The translations under genes and the position numbers were made by a program. DNA of 64,000 bases from an uncultured Pseudomonadota bacterium (GTDB lineage Bacteria; Desulfobacterota; Binatia; Binatales; Binataceae). The stretch is taken from contig CAVWXK010000001.1 in assembly GCA_963759165.1 (NCBI GenBank), forward strand, positions 3,058,164-3,122,163, in the 5' to 3' direction. Of the stretch, positions 19,059 to 28,317 are shown piece after piece; position 1 is the first letter of the stretch; each line of letters begins with the position of its first letter. Below the pieces are notes generated by a model. That model worked only from the letters and a program-made list of their open reading frames with translations, had not been told where the DNA came from and did no database searches.

Positions 19059-20807
19059 TTACGGAGCCAGTACGGAGCCAGGAAATTTCGCGAAAGGCTT
19101 CTCTTTGCGCACCAACCAGAGCATCACGATCAGGGCTACCACACCTATCGCGGCACCTACGACAACATCGCGGTCCCGGTAAGCCAGCTTAATCTCTTGT
19201 TTACCCGGCGGCAGTCGGACGCTCAACAGGCCGTCGTTCGAAAACACTTGCCCCTTGCCCTCGACCAGCCTCCAGCTTGGATAGTAATTTTGATTTATTA
19301 TCAAGATTGCATCAGTAGGCACTGCGACTTCATATAAAAGGGCATTCGGAGTCCAGCGAAGAAGCCGCACTGTACCCCGGCCCGTCAGATATTGCTCGCC
19401 TCGATACCCAGGCTGATTCTCACCCACTACGTTAGTCGGAACTGACATTGCCTGGTAGCAGGTAGGATCACCACGATTGCTTTTTGCCAGGTTGTACATA
19501 CCTGTAGCCGAGTAGCCAGTGGCGAATTGTCGGAAACCGCCGTCAACGGTTGGCGGATCGTCGATCTCGGTTACATACGCGAGATTCGGGACGCCGACCA
19601 ACCAGCTGTCAGCTACGGCGGCTGCAATCAGGGCCGCGCCCAGCACTTTACCCCCTTTGCCCAGCTGGCGATCCAGAAAGTCCGCTCCGTACGCGGCCAT
19701 CACGCCTAGCGTGAAGACGAACGGAACAATGAAACGCGGCGTCGCGCGCTCCGAAGAAAACGGCGGCAGTCGATGCAACAATTGCCACAAGTACGGATAC
19801 CCGCCTTCTCCCGCGGCCAAAGTGATGAAGACCATGGCTGCGCCGATCCACGGAGCGAGCCGTCTGGGCGACCCCACTATGCCGACGCAAACGAGCGCGG
19901 CGGCGAAGGGGCTCACATACGCTCCGTACTCGTAAAACGCGTAGCCACCGATGCTGCTCCTATCCATAAGCTGGTTGCGGGAGAAAAGAGCCGAATGAAG
20001 TGACCGCACCGAAAAATTCGCGAACGGAATATCGGTCGGGCGAGAATATATTGAGAGCAACCTGGCTGCCGGCAGCAACTTGACCGCGCCAAGCGCGGCG
20101 CCAAAGATGCCGATCGTCACCAGAACAACGATCGGCCAGGTGCTTCTGCGCTGGGCAGCGTACAGCACGCACAGCAGCGTAACCAGCAGCGCGGCGTGAG
20201 TCGTCGGATACACGCCGCCTTCGCCAAACATCAGAGCCGTGACCATCCCTCCCATGGCGGCCCACGATAGTGCCCCTGTTTGAATCGCGAGCAGGCTGAA
20301 CAACGCCACCCAGGGAAGGTAGAGCCACGGTATGGCCCACGCATGTCCAACAGCTATATGCAGAAACAACGAGGAACTGGTTGGAAACACGCAAGCACAG
20401 GTAACGCGACCGACGAAACCGAGACCTTGTGCGCGCGCCAACAGGTACCCGCCGATAAAGCCAATCGTTAGATGGAGGGGGATTTCCAGGTGAAGTCCCA
20501 GCGTCGGCCCAAACGCCAGATGAAGCAGGAAGAAAGGAGTCATAATACGGACTTGAGGATCGGCAAACAAAGGCATACCGCCGCACAGGTATGGATTCCA
20601 AAGCGGCAATTGATGAAAATGCGTGACCGATCGGAACGGAACCCAGTGAAACAGCAGGAATTGGTCCCAGTCCCAGACCCGACCGATCCGGAAGGGATGG
20701 GCAATCACTGGATAGCTGAATATCAATCCAAGGGCCACAAAGCCAAGCGCGACGAACAGATACTCAGTTCTGAGTCTAAGGCGCAGGTTCGTATAGCAGT
20801 GGAGCAC
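19059..20807 (-). CDS. YfhO-like polytopic membrane protein (putative GT-C glycosyltransferase)
   Basis: 582 aa. HQLPLWNPYLCGGMPLFADPQ motif resembles the YfhO family. About 12 TM plus a C-terminal periplasmic domain and a terminal TM. GTG start 3 nt after the upstream stop. Confidence 0.55.
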   Translation of the reverse strand: MLHCYTNLRLRLRTEYLFVALGFVALGLIFSYPVIAHPFRIGRVWDWDQFLLFHWVPFRSVTHFHQLPLWNPYLCGGMPLFADPQVRIMTPFFLLHLAFGPTLGLHLEIPLHLTIGFIGGYLLARAQGLGFVGRVTCACVFPTSSSLFLHIAVGHAWAIPWLYLPWVALFSLLAIQTGALSWAAMGGMVTALMFGEGGVYPTTHAALLVTLLCVLYAAQRRSTWPIVVLVTIGIFGAALGAVKLLPAARLLSIYSRPTDIPFANFSVRSLHSALFSRNQLMDRSSIGGYAFYEYGAYVSPFAAALVCVGIVGSPRRLAPWIGAAMVFITLAAGEGGYPYLWQLLHRLPPFSSERATPRFIVPFVFTLGVMAAYGADFLDRQLGKGGKVLGAALIAAAVADSWLVGVPNLAYVTEIDDPPTVDGGFRQFATGYSATGMYNLAKSNRGDPTCYQAMSVPTNVVGENQPGYRGEQYLTGRGTVRLLRWTPNALLYEVAVPTDAILIINQNYYPSWRLVEGKGQVFSNDGLLSVRLPPGKQEIKLAYRDRDVVVGAAIGVVALIVMLWLVRKEKPFAKFPGSVLAP

Positions 20808-20810
20808 GGC

Positions 20811-22943
20811 CTATCCGAAGCCGAACATGCGAACGTGCCAGACGCCGAAAGTAACCATGACGATCGAAGCTACAATCAGGATCCTGCTCATCTGATCGAC
20901 GCGGCGTCTGACGCCGAGCGCCATCAGGACTAGCAGAAAAGGAAAGATTTCGAGGTAATACCGCGACCCCAGTTGGACGAATCCATTGGCGTAACAAAGC
21001 AGCGGGGCTCCGCTCGCAAGGATTGCCGCCAACCCGACCAGAATCGGAATCGGCCGGCGAAAATTCGCGCGCAGCGCCAGCAGCAGCGCCGGGCTGGTCA
21101 GAATCAGAGATTGGCCGGTCATGCTCGGATGTATGTACGGAAAGCGATCGTTGAAGTTCGGCGCCATGAACAGCACCGTATAAAGGTTCTCCGGCAGATA
21201 CCGCAGGGAAAACGGACCGGCCGGATGCGAGAAGCGATGGGGATCGGTCGGATAATAGATCCAGAGCGAGATATCGGAGACGGTTCCGTATCGGACCTCG
21301 TTGAATACAATGTAAACAACAGCGGCCAGCACAAAGCCCGGCGCCATCCAGAGGAGCTGCCGCCATCGCCTGCCGCGCGCCCAAAGCATCAGCGCGTAGA
21401 TCGGCCAGGCCAGCATCAGGTCGTATCGGGTCAGACCGGCGAGGGCGGCGAGGATTCCGACCATCGCGGGCCGCGCCTTTCCGAAAAGTTCGTTGAGAGT
21501 AAGCAGCGTCATCGCGACCGAGGCGACCAGTATGAAGTCCCAGCTGTTCCCCACGGTTGACTCGTACCAAAGCGTCGTTCCCGCTCCGAAGAAAATCGTC
21601 AGCCATACTCTCGAAGTAATGGTGAGGCCCAGAAGCCCGAGCAGCCGCCATGCCAGCGCGATTTCAAAAGCGCCGAGCAGCAGGCACACGATCGTTTGAT
21701 TGGTCGAGAGGCCCCAGATCGCGACCAGCGGCGTCAGCAGGATCGCCGAAAACGGCGGATGGACCAGATAAGTGCGTCCCTGCCACCGCACGTGTTCCAT
21801 AAACCCCGGCACCGAGACCCACGCGCGTCCATGCACAAACGCGTTTGCCTGTAGCGTCGGTTCATTGAACGGGGTCGCATCGCTGGAGCCTGTGACCGCG
21901 TAAAAGGCGAGGAAGGCCACAAATATCGCGAAGAAGCTCCAACTTTGGGCAGAAGGCAGAGGCAGGCGGACCGAAGCTTTGCTTTCGGCTCTTCGGCGGC
22001 TCAAAGGCAGCAGTCCCAGCCCGACTATCGCGGCGAACAGTGCCGCCATAGCCACCTCGTTCGGCGACCTGCCGCTCCTGACCAGGTATGCCGCATCGGC
22101 AGCCACGACGGCCACCGCCGATGTAAAAAACCCGCGAGCGACAGTCCAATCACCGAGGGAGCGCGCGGCGCGGCTTCGGATGGAAGGAGCGGCCTTCGCC
22201 GCTTCGCGCGCACGCATCCGAGCTGCTTCCTCACCCGGTTCGCGATGGCCGCCGAGATCGGCACTCGCAACCGCACCCTGTTCGGTCCCGGTCGCTCCGG
22301 ACCAGAAACAGAGCAGCAGGGCAAGCGCGGGTACGATCAGCGCCGCCATCAACGACCCGATTCGCCAGTCGTTGGCGTCGGCATCGCTGACTACCGGGCC
22401 GCTCACCGGAAAGGTTTCGACCTCCTCGAAAGATATCCCGGTAAAATACGCGGTGCCCGTGTTCAGAGCGCTGTAGCCACCCAGCCGGCAGGCAAGCTCC
22501 AGGGTCGTCTCTCCCGGCCCGGCCTTCGCCCAAAACCCCACCCGCTGCCAATCGTGTGTGCCGCGAATGTCGCCGGAGATGTAGGGCCGGTCCATTATCG
22601 TGATGTAACCGCCAAGCCCCCCTCCTTCTCCGACATTCTCAGTACGGATCCATCCCGAAACCCAATATGATTTTGAGGGAGTTACGGGCACGGTCTGAAT
22701 CCATCGCGCATCATTCGGTTGCAGGCTCGATATGCCGATTGTTCCGATCCCGGCGGCGCCTGCCGTCCAGGTGAATCGCGTAGCGGATGGGTCGGAATTG
22801 AAGGCCTCGTGCCTCCAGCCCTCGGGCTGGCCGCCGACACCGCGCGAAAACAGACCATTGCGAACCAGATCGGATGCCGCCGGCGCGGGCGAGGGCCAGA
22901 CCAGCACGATTACAATAACGATGCCGAGAAGGCGCCTAATCAT
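20811..22943 (-). CDS. CBM-like module + TM anchor + linker fused to a polytopic GT-C-like (ArnT/PMT-like) membrane domain
   Basis: 710 aa. Signal peptide, CBM-like domain (LVRNGLFSRGVGGQPEGW...LACRLGGYSALNTGTAYF), TM, then more than 10 TM with loop FNEPTLQANAFVHGRAW...GRTYLVHPPFSAILLTP. Confidence 0.6.
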   Translation of the reverse strand: MIRRLLGIVIVIVLVWPSPAPAASDLVRNGLFSRGVGGQPEGWRHEAFNSDPSATRFTWTAGAAGIGTIGISSLQPNDARWIQTVPVTPSKSYWVSGWIRTENVGEGGGLGGYITIMDRPYISGDIRGTHDWQRVGFWAKAGPGETTLELACRLGGYSALNTGTAYFTGISFEEVETFPVSGPVVSDADANDWRIGSLMAALIVPALALLLCFWSGATGTEQGAVASADLGGHREPGEEAARMRAREAAKAAPSIRSRAARSLGDWTVARGFFTSAVAVVAADAAYLVRSGRSPNEVAMAALFAAIVGLGLLPLSRRRAESKASVRLPLPSAQSWSFFAIFVAFLAFYAVTGSSDATPFNEPTLQANAFVHGRAWVSVPGFMEHVRWQGRTYLVHPPFSAILLTPLVAIWGLSTNQTIVCLLLGAFEIALAWRLLGLLGLTITSRVWLTIFFGAGTTLWYESTVGNSWDFILVASVAMTLLTLNELFGKARPAMVGILAALAGLTRYDLMLAWPIYALMLWARGRRWRQLLWMAPGFVLAAVVYIVFNEVRYGTVSDISLWIYYPTDPHRFSHPAGPFSLRYLPENLYTVLFMAPNFNDRFPYIHPSMTGQSLILTSPALLLALRANFRRPIPILVGLAAILASGAPLLCYANGFVQLGSRYYLEIFPFLLVLMALGVRRRVDQMSRILIVASIVMVTFGVWHVRMFGFG
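22445..22885 (-). repeat. Copy B of a duplicated CBM-module coding segment
   Basis: See copy A, e.g. cggtgcccgtgttcagagcg, ccgcgaatgtcgccggagatgtagggccggtccatta, cgaaccagatcggatgccgc shared verbatim. Confidence 0.85.
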
Positions 22944-23192
22944 TCGAGTTTTTTTCTTATGACCTGGGTTTCATCCGGCGCCGGCTGACGGTTGGGTCGC
23001 ATAATACGAACGCCGGGTCAAAAGGACAACGATGTTTCAGCATAGCGCGCTTTTGCGAATGGGCGCATGCTCGTGATAGAAAGCGCTCCGGGCCTGCCCG
23101 TGATTGTTCGATGGTTTACCAATCCCCGCTCCCGGCGTGAAAATTTCCGGTCACGCACGAGGCCTCCGCTTTCCGACGAGAGTCCTGCCTTA

Positions 23193-25937
23193 ATGCTCTT
23201 TCTCCGAATCGCGGTCCCATCCAAAGTCCTGATTCTGATCTTCGCGGGAATGTTGCTGTCAGTCCTTTTCGCCTCACCGAGCGCGAGCGCCGAGGACAAC
23301 ATCCTGTTGAACGGTGACGTGAGCAAGGGCGCGGGCGAATCGCCCGATCACTGGCGCGGCGACGGCTGGAAAGAAGGCCCCGAGTTCACGACCTTTCGAT
23401 GGAAACACGCCCAAGGGAAGCCCGGCGAGCTCGAGATTTCGAACCTCAAGCCCAACGATGCGCGCTGGGTCCAGACCCTCCATCTCGGCCCAGGATGGTA
23501 CCGCTTCTCGGCCGACATTCGCACCGAAAACGTAGCCGAAGATCATACCGGCGCCGCGCTCAGCGTCCTTGAAGATGGAATCATCTCACGGGACCTTCAC
23601 GGCACCAACGACTGGCAGACGGTGGAATTCTACCTCAAGATCGGCGAGAAGGGCGCCGACATCCCGCTCGCCTGCCGGCTCGGCGGCTACGCCGGCCTCA
23701 ACACCGGCAAAGCGTCTTGCCGCGACTTGAGAGGCGCAAGGATCGCGGAGCCTCCCGCGGATGCCAGGTACAAATACGACCTCGATGTGATTCGGGGAGG
23801 CGGGCCGCCGCCACCAGCCGCTTCGGATAACTCAACGCAAGTCACGGTTTTGGCACTGCTTGCGATGGTGCTGCTTGCGGTGTTGGTCGGGTGGCGAAGG
23901 TTCGGCAACAAGGCGCTGCGCCGGCTGCGCCTCGTGATGCGGATGGAGCCGCAACCAGAGAGCGCGCCGCCCATTCCCGCGGACCCCGCGCGGCGAAGGA
24001 TCGAAATCGCGCTGTTTCTGGTATCGTTTCTGACCTTCGCCTACTTCTATCAGGCCTCGGATCACAGCACCGCATCCCGTTTCGATCTGATTCGCTCGAT
24101 TATCGAGCGCCATACCCTGTGGATCGAAGGCTACGCCGGCTACAACACCGCCGACATCGTCGAATTGAATTCGCACATCTATTCCAACAAGGCGCCCGGC
24201 GGAGCGTTCACGGGGCTCTTACCCTGGACCGTAATTACAACGATTCTGCGTTTTCTATTTTCCACGCCGAACGGACCGTACTGGGCCCTTGCGACCCATC
24301 TGACCACGATTTTTTCGGTAAGCGTGATAGTCGCCGGGTTGACCGTTCTAATGTATCGCTTCGCGCTCGTTCTGGGCGCCGGGAGCGGACGCGCGGTCGC
24401 GATGGCGCTCGCCCTGGCCTTCGCGACGATCATGTTTCCGTACGCCACCGAATTGACCGGCGAGCCGATCGCGGCCTTTTGCGTTTTCGCGGCTTTCTAC
24501 ATCCTTGCCCGGCCCGTCGACGGAACCGGATTGTGGGAAAGTTTGTTGGCGGGTCTGCTCGCCGGCTGGTCGGTCCTGTGCGATTACCCTACGTCCATTC
24601 TGGCGGTTATTGTGGGGCTGTATGCGCTGTGGAAGCTGCGCGACTGGCGCAAGAGCGCGGCCTTCGCGCTCGGCGCGATGGCGATCGCGGTTGTGATGCT
24701 CGCATACAACAAATTCGCATTCGGCAATCCGCTGTTCCTGAGCTACGAAGCTTACATGCTGCCCGGCAGCAAACAGTTTCCGGAGCAATCGGTCGGGTTC
24801 GCCGGCGTCACTTATCCCCGCTTGCCCATCCTTTGGAACGTGCTGCTTGGCACGCAACGCGGATTGTTTTTTTGCAATCCGGTTCTGCTGCTGGCGATTC
24901 CCGGACTTGCGTTCTTCTGGTGGCGTCGCTCTTTTCGCCCGGAGTTTGTGGTGGTCGTCGTTTCCATCGTCAGCTTTGTGCTGTTCAATGCCTCGTACGG
25001 GCAATCGATTATCTACTGGGGCGGAGGGACGGCGACTGGTCCGCGCCACATGGTCTCGGCGCTGCCGTTCATGATTCTCGCGATGGCGTTTTTGCCCCGC
25101 AAACTGAACTATATCTTCGGGGCCCTGGCGATCCTGTCGGCGTTTCTGATGTTGATGACGACCGCGGTAGAGCCGCACCTTCCCTATGAGTATCAGAACC
25201 CGCTGTGCGACTTCGTCTGGCCGGCCTATTTGCGCGGCGACCTGGCATACAACAAGAGCACCTATTTCGGCGGCGGCCCGATAGCCGGCGATTCGGTGGC
25301 CTTCAATCTCGGCAAGTTGGCGGGGCTTCCCGGCGCACTTCGACTGATACCACTTGCGGCGATATGGCTTGCCGCCGCGGTGGCTCTTCTGCGCGATTCA
25401 GACTTGTGGCAAACCCCGAGACGACGGAAGGCGGCGGCCGCAACCGCACTGGCGATCGTGGCGCTGTTTGCGCCGCCAATAGTGGGCGCATCGCTCCACC
25501 AACCCGGACATGACGAGCCTCACGGATTGCTGGGACGATATTACGAGGGCTTGCGACCCAACCGCTTTCCGCCTCATATCCTGCGCGTGGACAAGGAGAT
25601 CGCCTTCGACAATATCGCCGAGCTCGGAGCCTTGCCGTCGCCCTCGTTCGTTCGATGGACCGGCAAGCTCACCGCGCCGACCACCGGCCTCTACCATTTC
25701 AAGATAACCGTCGACGATGCGGGATGGCTGAACATAGACGGCCATCACGTAATCGAAGATCCCGGAGAAGTCAGCAAGCCTCAGGACACGGGCAGCATCC
25801 AGCTTGCCGCGGGCGCACATTCGATCGAGATCGGCCAGCGTAACATTTGGGGCGACGCTTCGATGCACTTCCTGTGGCAGCCACCCGGCGGCATCGAGGA
25901 GGTTGTCCCGTCGCGGTTCCTGATTCCCGGAAGCTAG
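23193..25937 (+). CDS. CBM-like module + polytopic GT-C-like membrane domain + C-terminal PA14 domain
   Basis: Probable start MLFLRIAVPSKVLILIF... (signal peptide ...SPSASAED); the ORF is open from 23067. Diverged third CBM copy (LKPNDARWVQT, IRTENV, GTNDWQ, LACRLGGYAGLNTG). More than 12 TM with loop FDLIRSIIERHTLWIEGY...IYSNKAPGG. PA14: GLLGRYYEG...VRWTGKLTAPTTGLYHFKITVDDAGWLNIDGHHV...LWQPPG. Confidence 0.7.
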   Translation: MLFLRIAVPSKVLILIFAGMLLSVLFASPSASAEDNILLNGDVSKGAGESPDHWRGDGWKEGPEFTTFRWKHAQGKPGELEISNLKPNDARWVQTLHLGPGWYRFSADIRTENVAEDHTGAALSVLEDGIISRDLHGTNDWQTVEFYLKIGEKGADIPLACRLGGYAGLNTGKASCRDLRGARIAEPPADARYKYDLDVIRGGGPPPPAASDNSTQVTVLALLAMVLLAVLVGWRRFGNKALRRLRLVMRMEPQPESAPPIPADPARRRIEIALFLVSFLTFAYFYQASDHSTASRFDLIRSIIERHTLWIEGYAGYNTADIVELNSHIYSNKAPGGAFTGLLPWTVITTILRFLFSTPNGPYWALATHLTTIFSVSVIVAGLTVLMYRFALVLGAGSGRAVAMALALAFATIMFPYATELTGEPIAAFCVFAAFYILARPVDGTGLWESLLAGLLAGWSVLCDYPTSILAVIVGLYALWKLRDWRKSAAFALGAMAIAVVMLAYNKFAFGNPLFLSYEAYMLPGSKQFPEQSVGFAGVTYPRLPILWNVLLGTQRGLFFCNPVLLLAIPGLAFFWWRRSFRPEFVVVVVSIVSFVLFNASYGQSIIYWGGGTATGPRHMVSALPFMILAMAFLPRKLNYIFGALAILSAFLMLMTTAVEPHLPYEYQNPLCDFVWPAYLRGDLAYNKSTYFGGGPIAGDSVAFNLGKLAGLPGALRLIPLAAIWLAAAVALLRDSDLWQTPRRRKAAAATALAIVALFAPPIVGASLHQPGHDEPHGLLGRYYEGLRPNRFPPHILRVDKEIAFDNIAELGALPSPSFVRWTGKLTAPTTGLYHFKITVDDAGWLNIDGHHVIEDPGEVSKPQDTGSIQLAAGAHSIEIGQRNIWGDASMHFLWQPPGGIEEVVPSRFLIPGS

Positions 25938-26076
25938 AACCAGGGGGCGCGCCGGCCGCCACTTCCGGCTTCCCTACCTGCCCCATCCCGGCGGCGACCC
26001 GCGCACAACCGGCATTCGCGCCAACAAACGGCGGGTAGAGCAAGATAAATCAAGTGCGTCCGGTCCGAGCCGCCAC

Positions 26077-26107
26077 CTGCTAACCAGGAGTTATCTTGGC
26101 CCATCAC
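26077..26107 (+). promoter_or_regulatory. Direct repeat R1 with a palindromic core, upstream of kinase 1
   Basis: CTGCTAACCAGGAGTTATCTTGGCCCATCAC matches R2 at 25/31 positions. Core CTAAC-N5-GTTAT. Confidence 0.3.
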
Positions 26108-26144
26108 ACAGGTAAAGCAGGCTGTTCCACTCCCAGGCAGTTTC

Positions 26145-26175
26145 TGCTAACTAACAGTTAGCTTGGCCCGTCCCA
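26145..26175 (+). promoter_or_regulatory. Direct repeat R2 with a palindromic core, upstream of kinase 1
   Basis: CTGCTAACTAACAGTTAGCTTGGCCCGTCCC. Perfect inverted core CTAAC-N5-GTTAG. 68 nt downstream of R1 and about 105 nt before ATG 26281. Confidence 0.3.
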
Positions 26176-26280
26176 ATGGTGCCGAAAGCGGGGAGTTTTG
26201 TGCACCGTTTAACCAGAGGACAGCTTCGTTAGGCCGATATTACGGGCCAAAAAGGGGGGCAGAATTATGGGGGCTAGAAG

Positions 26281-28317
26281 ATGCGGGCCGCTTCAAGTTT
26301 GCCGATTGCGGGAGCCACGAGCGATCTAGGCAGCGCTCCCGTTGCTGTGCGCCAGCTGCGGTTGAACATCGTGGTTCTGGCCGGATTGCAGTTGCTGTTT
26401 CTCGCGATGGCGTTCCGGAGTGAACCCGAACTCGCGCGGCGTCTGGCTAAACTCAACACCTTGAACCTGGGACTGCTGGGACTCGGTTTCGGTGTAACGC
26501 TAAGCCGGTGGTTTGCCGGTCACTGGCGTGGCGCGACGTTAATTTTTTGTTCCTTGTTGCTGGCCGTTGGGACCGCCATCAGCGTGATTGCCCGGATGCC
26601 AGACGTTTATCTCGTCGGCCTGGCGCTGTTTTCGATCGGATGCGCGGTGTTCGTTCCGTGGGAGGCGGGCTGGCAGGCGGCGTTCAACCTGCTCTGCCTC
26701 GCCGTCTTCCTGATCGAAGAAGCCCTCGTATCGACGGGCGACGAATACTGGATTCACCGCCTGTCCGGACTGGCGCTGCTGATGCTCGCGCAGTTCGCCG
26801 CGCGCCTCATCGGCGGTTACCGGACCAGTCTGTACGGCCAGATCGAATCGGTAAGGCAGGCCGAGGCGAGGCTATGGGGCGTTCTGAATTCCGCGCCCGA
26901 CGCGATGCTGGTGGTGGACGAAGACGGCAGCATCACGATGGCCAACTCGCAGACTGAGAAGTTGTTTGGCTATGATGCCTCCGAACTGCTGGGCCGTGCT
27001 GCCGAGACCCTGATGGCCGAGCGCTTTCGCCGCACGCATTCGCTTCATCGCGCCGATTATGTGACCAATCCCGGCAACGTGCGACGGATGGCTCCCGCCG
27101 CCGAGGTTCATGCGCTGCGCAAGGATGGCAGCGAGTTTCCGGTCGAGATCACACTTAGCTCCGTAGCGGGCGACAAAACGGGCGCCGTCGTCTGCGACAT
27201 CCGCGATATCACCGCACGCAAGGAAGCCGAGGAGTTGCTGCAGCTGACCCGGTTCTCGGTCGAACATGCGGGCGAAGCGATTTTCTGGGCCCGGCCTGAC
27301 AGCACCCTGTTTCAGGTAAACGATGCCGCTTGCCGTTTGCTGGGGTTCTCACGGCAGGAGTTGTTATCCCTTACGCTGTGCGATTTCGAGGATGGCGGAG
27401 CAACGGGTAACGGAAACGGCCACACCCGCTGGACCGACTGGAAAAATAACTTCAACGAATTGGTGGCTAACCTCAGACATGCCGGCACCATGACGGTTGA
27501 AACAACGTTTCGCCGCAAGGATGGCGGCCGGTTTCAGGTCGAGGTTACGTTGAACCACATCGAATTCGCCGCCAAGGAATTCCTCTGCGCCTTTGCCCGC
27601 GATATCAGCGCGCGCAGGCTCGCCGAACGCGCCAAAGAACTGGCCCGCTCCAACGCCGAGCTAGAGGAATTCTCCCACGTCGTTTCGCACGATCTGCGCG
27701 AGCCGCTGAACAATGTCACCGGCTATGTAAAGCTTCTCGCCAAAGAGTACCAGGGAAAGCTGGGCGCAGAGGCCGACGATTATATTCGCTACGCTCTCGA
27801 TGGGGTGGGCTGGATGCACACTCTAATCGGGGATTTGCGCGCCTACGCCCACACCACGACACAACCCAAGGCGCTCGAGCCAAGCGATTTCCGCTCAGTC
27901 GTTACCCGGGCGATCGCCAATCTCTCGACCGCTATCGAGGAACATGGAGCCACGGTCACTTACGAGCCCATGCCTACCGTAGCGGCCGACCCGTGCGCGA
28001 TGACCCAGGTATTCCAGAACCTGATTGAAAACGCGCTCAAGTTCCGCGGCGAGGAACCGCCCGTCGTGAATGTCAGCGCGGCACGAAGCGCCGGGGATTG
28101 GATTTTTTCCGTGCGCGACAATGGGATCGGAATCGATCCTGAGCACAGCCAGAAGATTTTCACCATCTTCCATCGTCTGCACAGCCGGAGCGAATATCCC
28201 GGCAGCGGAATTGGTCTGGCGATTTGCAAGAAGATCATCGAGCGCCACGGCGGCCGGATCTGGGTCGAGTCCGAGCCCGGCTGCGGTGCCAACTTCTCTT
28301 TCACCATCCCGGCCTGA
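26281..28317 (+). CDS. Membrane PAS-PAS sensor histidine kinase
   Basis: About 5-6 N-terminal TM helices, two PAS domains (one FixL-like: RKDGSEFPVEITLS), H-box FSHVVSHDLREPL, HATPase motifs (ENALKF, DNGIGI, GSGIGLAICKKI). The exact start is uncertain. Confidence 0.9.
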   Translation: MRAASSLPIAGATSDLGSAPVAVRQLRLNIVVLAGLQLLFLAMAFRSEPELARRLAKLNTLNLGLLGLGFGVTLSRWFAGHWRGATLIFCSLLLAVGTAISVIARMPDVYLVGLALFSIGCAVFVPWEAGWQAAFNLLCLAVFLIEEALVSTGDEYWIHRLSGLALLMLAQFAARLIGGYRTSLYGQIESVRQAEARLWGVLNSAPDAMLVVDEDGSITMANSQTEKLFGYDASELLGRAAETLMAERFRRTHSLHRADYVTNPGNVRRMAPAAEVHALRKDGSEFPVEITLSSVAGDKTGAVVCDIRDITARKEAEELLQLTRFSVEHAGEAIFWARPDSTLFQVNDAACRLLGFSRQELLSLTLCDFEDGGATGNGNGHTRWTDWKNNFNELVANLRHAGTMTVETTFRRKDGGRFQVEVTLNHIEFAAKEFLCAFARDISARRLAERAKELARSNAELEEFSHVVSHDLREPLNNVTGYVKLLAKEYQGKLGAEADDYIRYALDGVGWMHTLIGDLRAYAHTTTQPKALEPSDFRSVVTRAIANLSTAIEEHGATVTYEPMPTVAADPCAMTQVFQNLIENALKFRGEEPPVVNVSAARSAGDWIFSVRDNGIGIDPEHSQKIFTIFHRLHSRSEYPGSGIGLAICKKIIERHGGRIWVESEPGCGANFSFTIPA

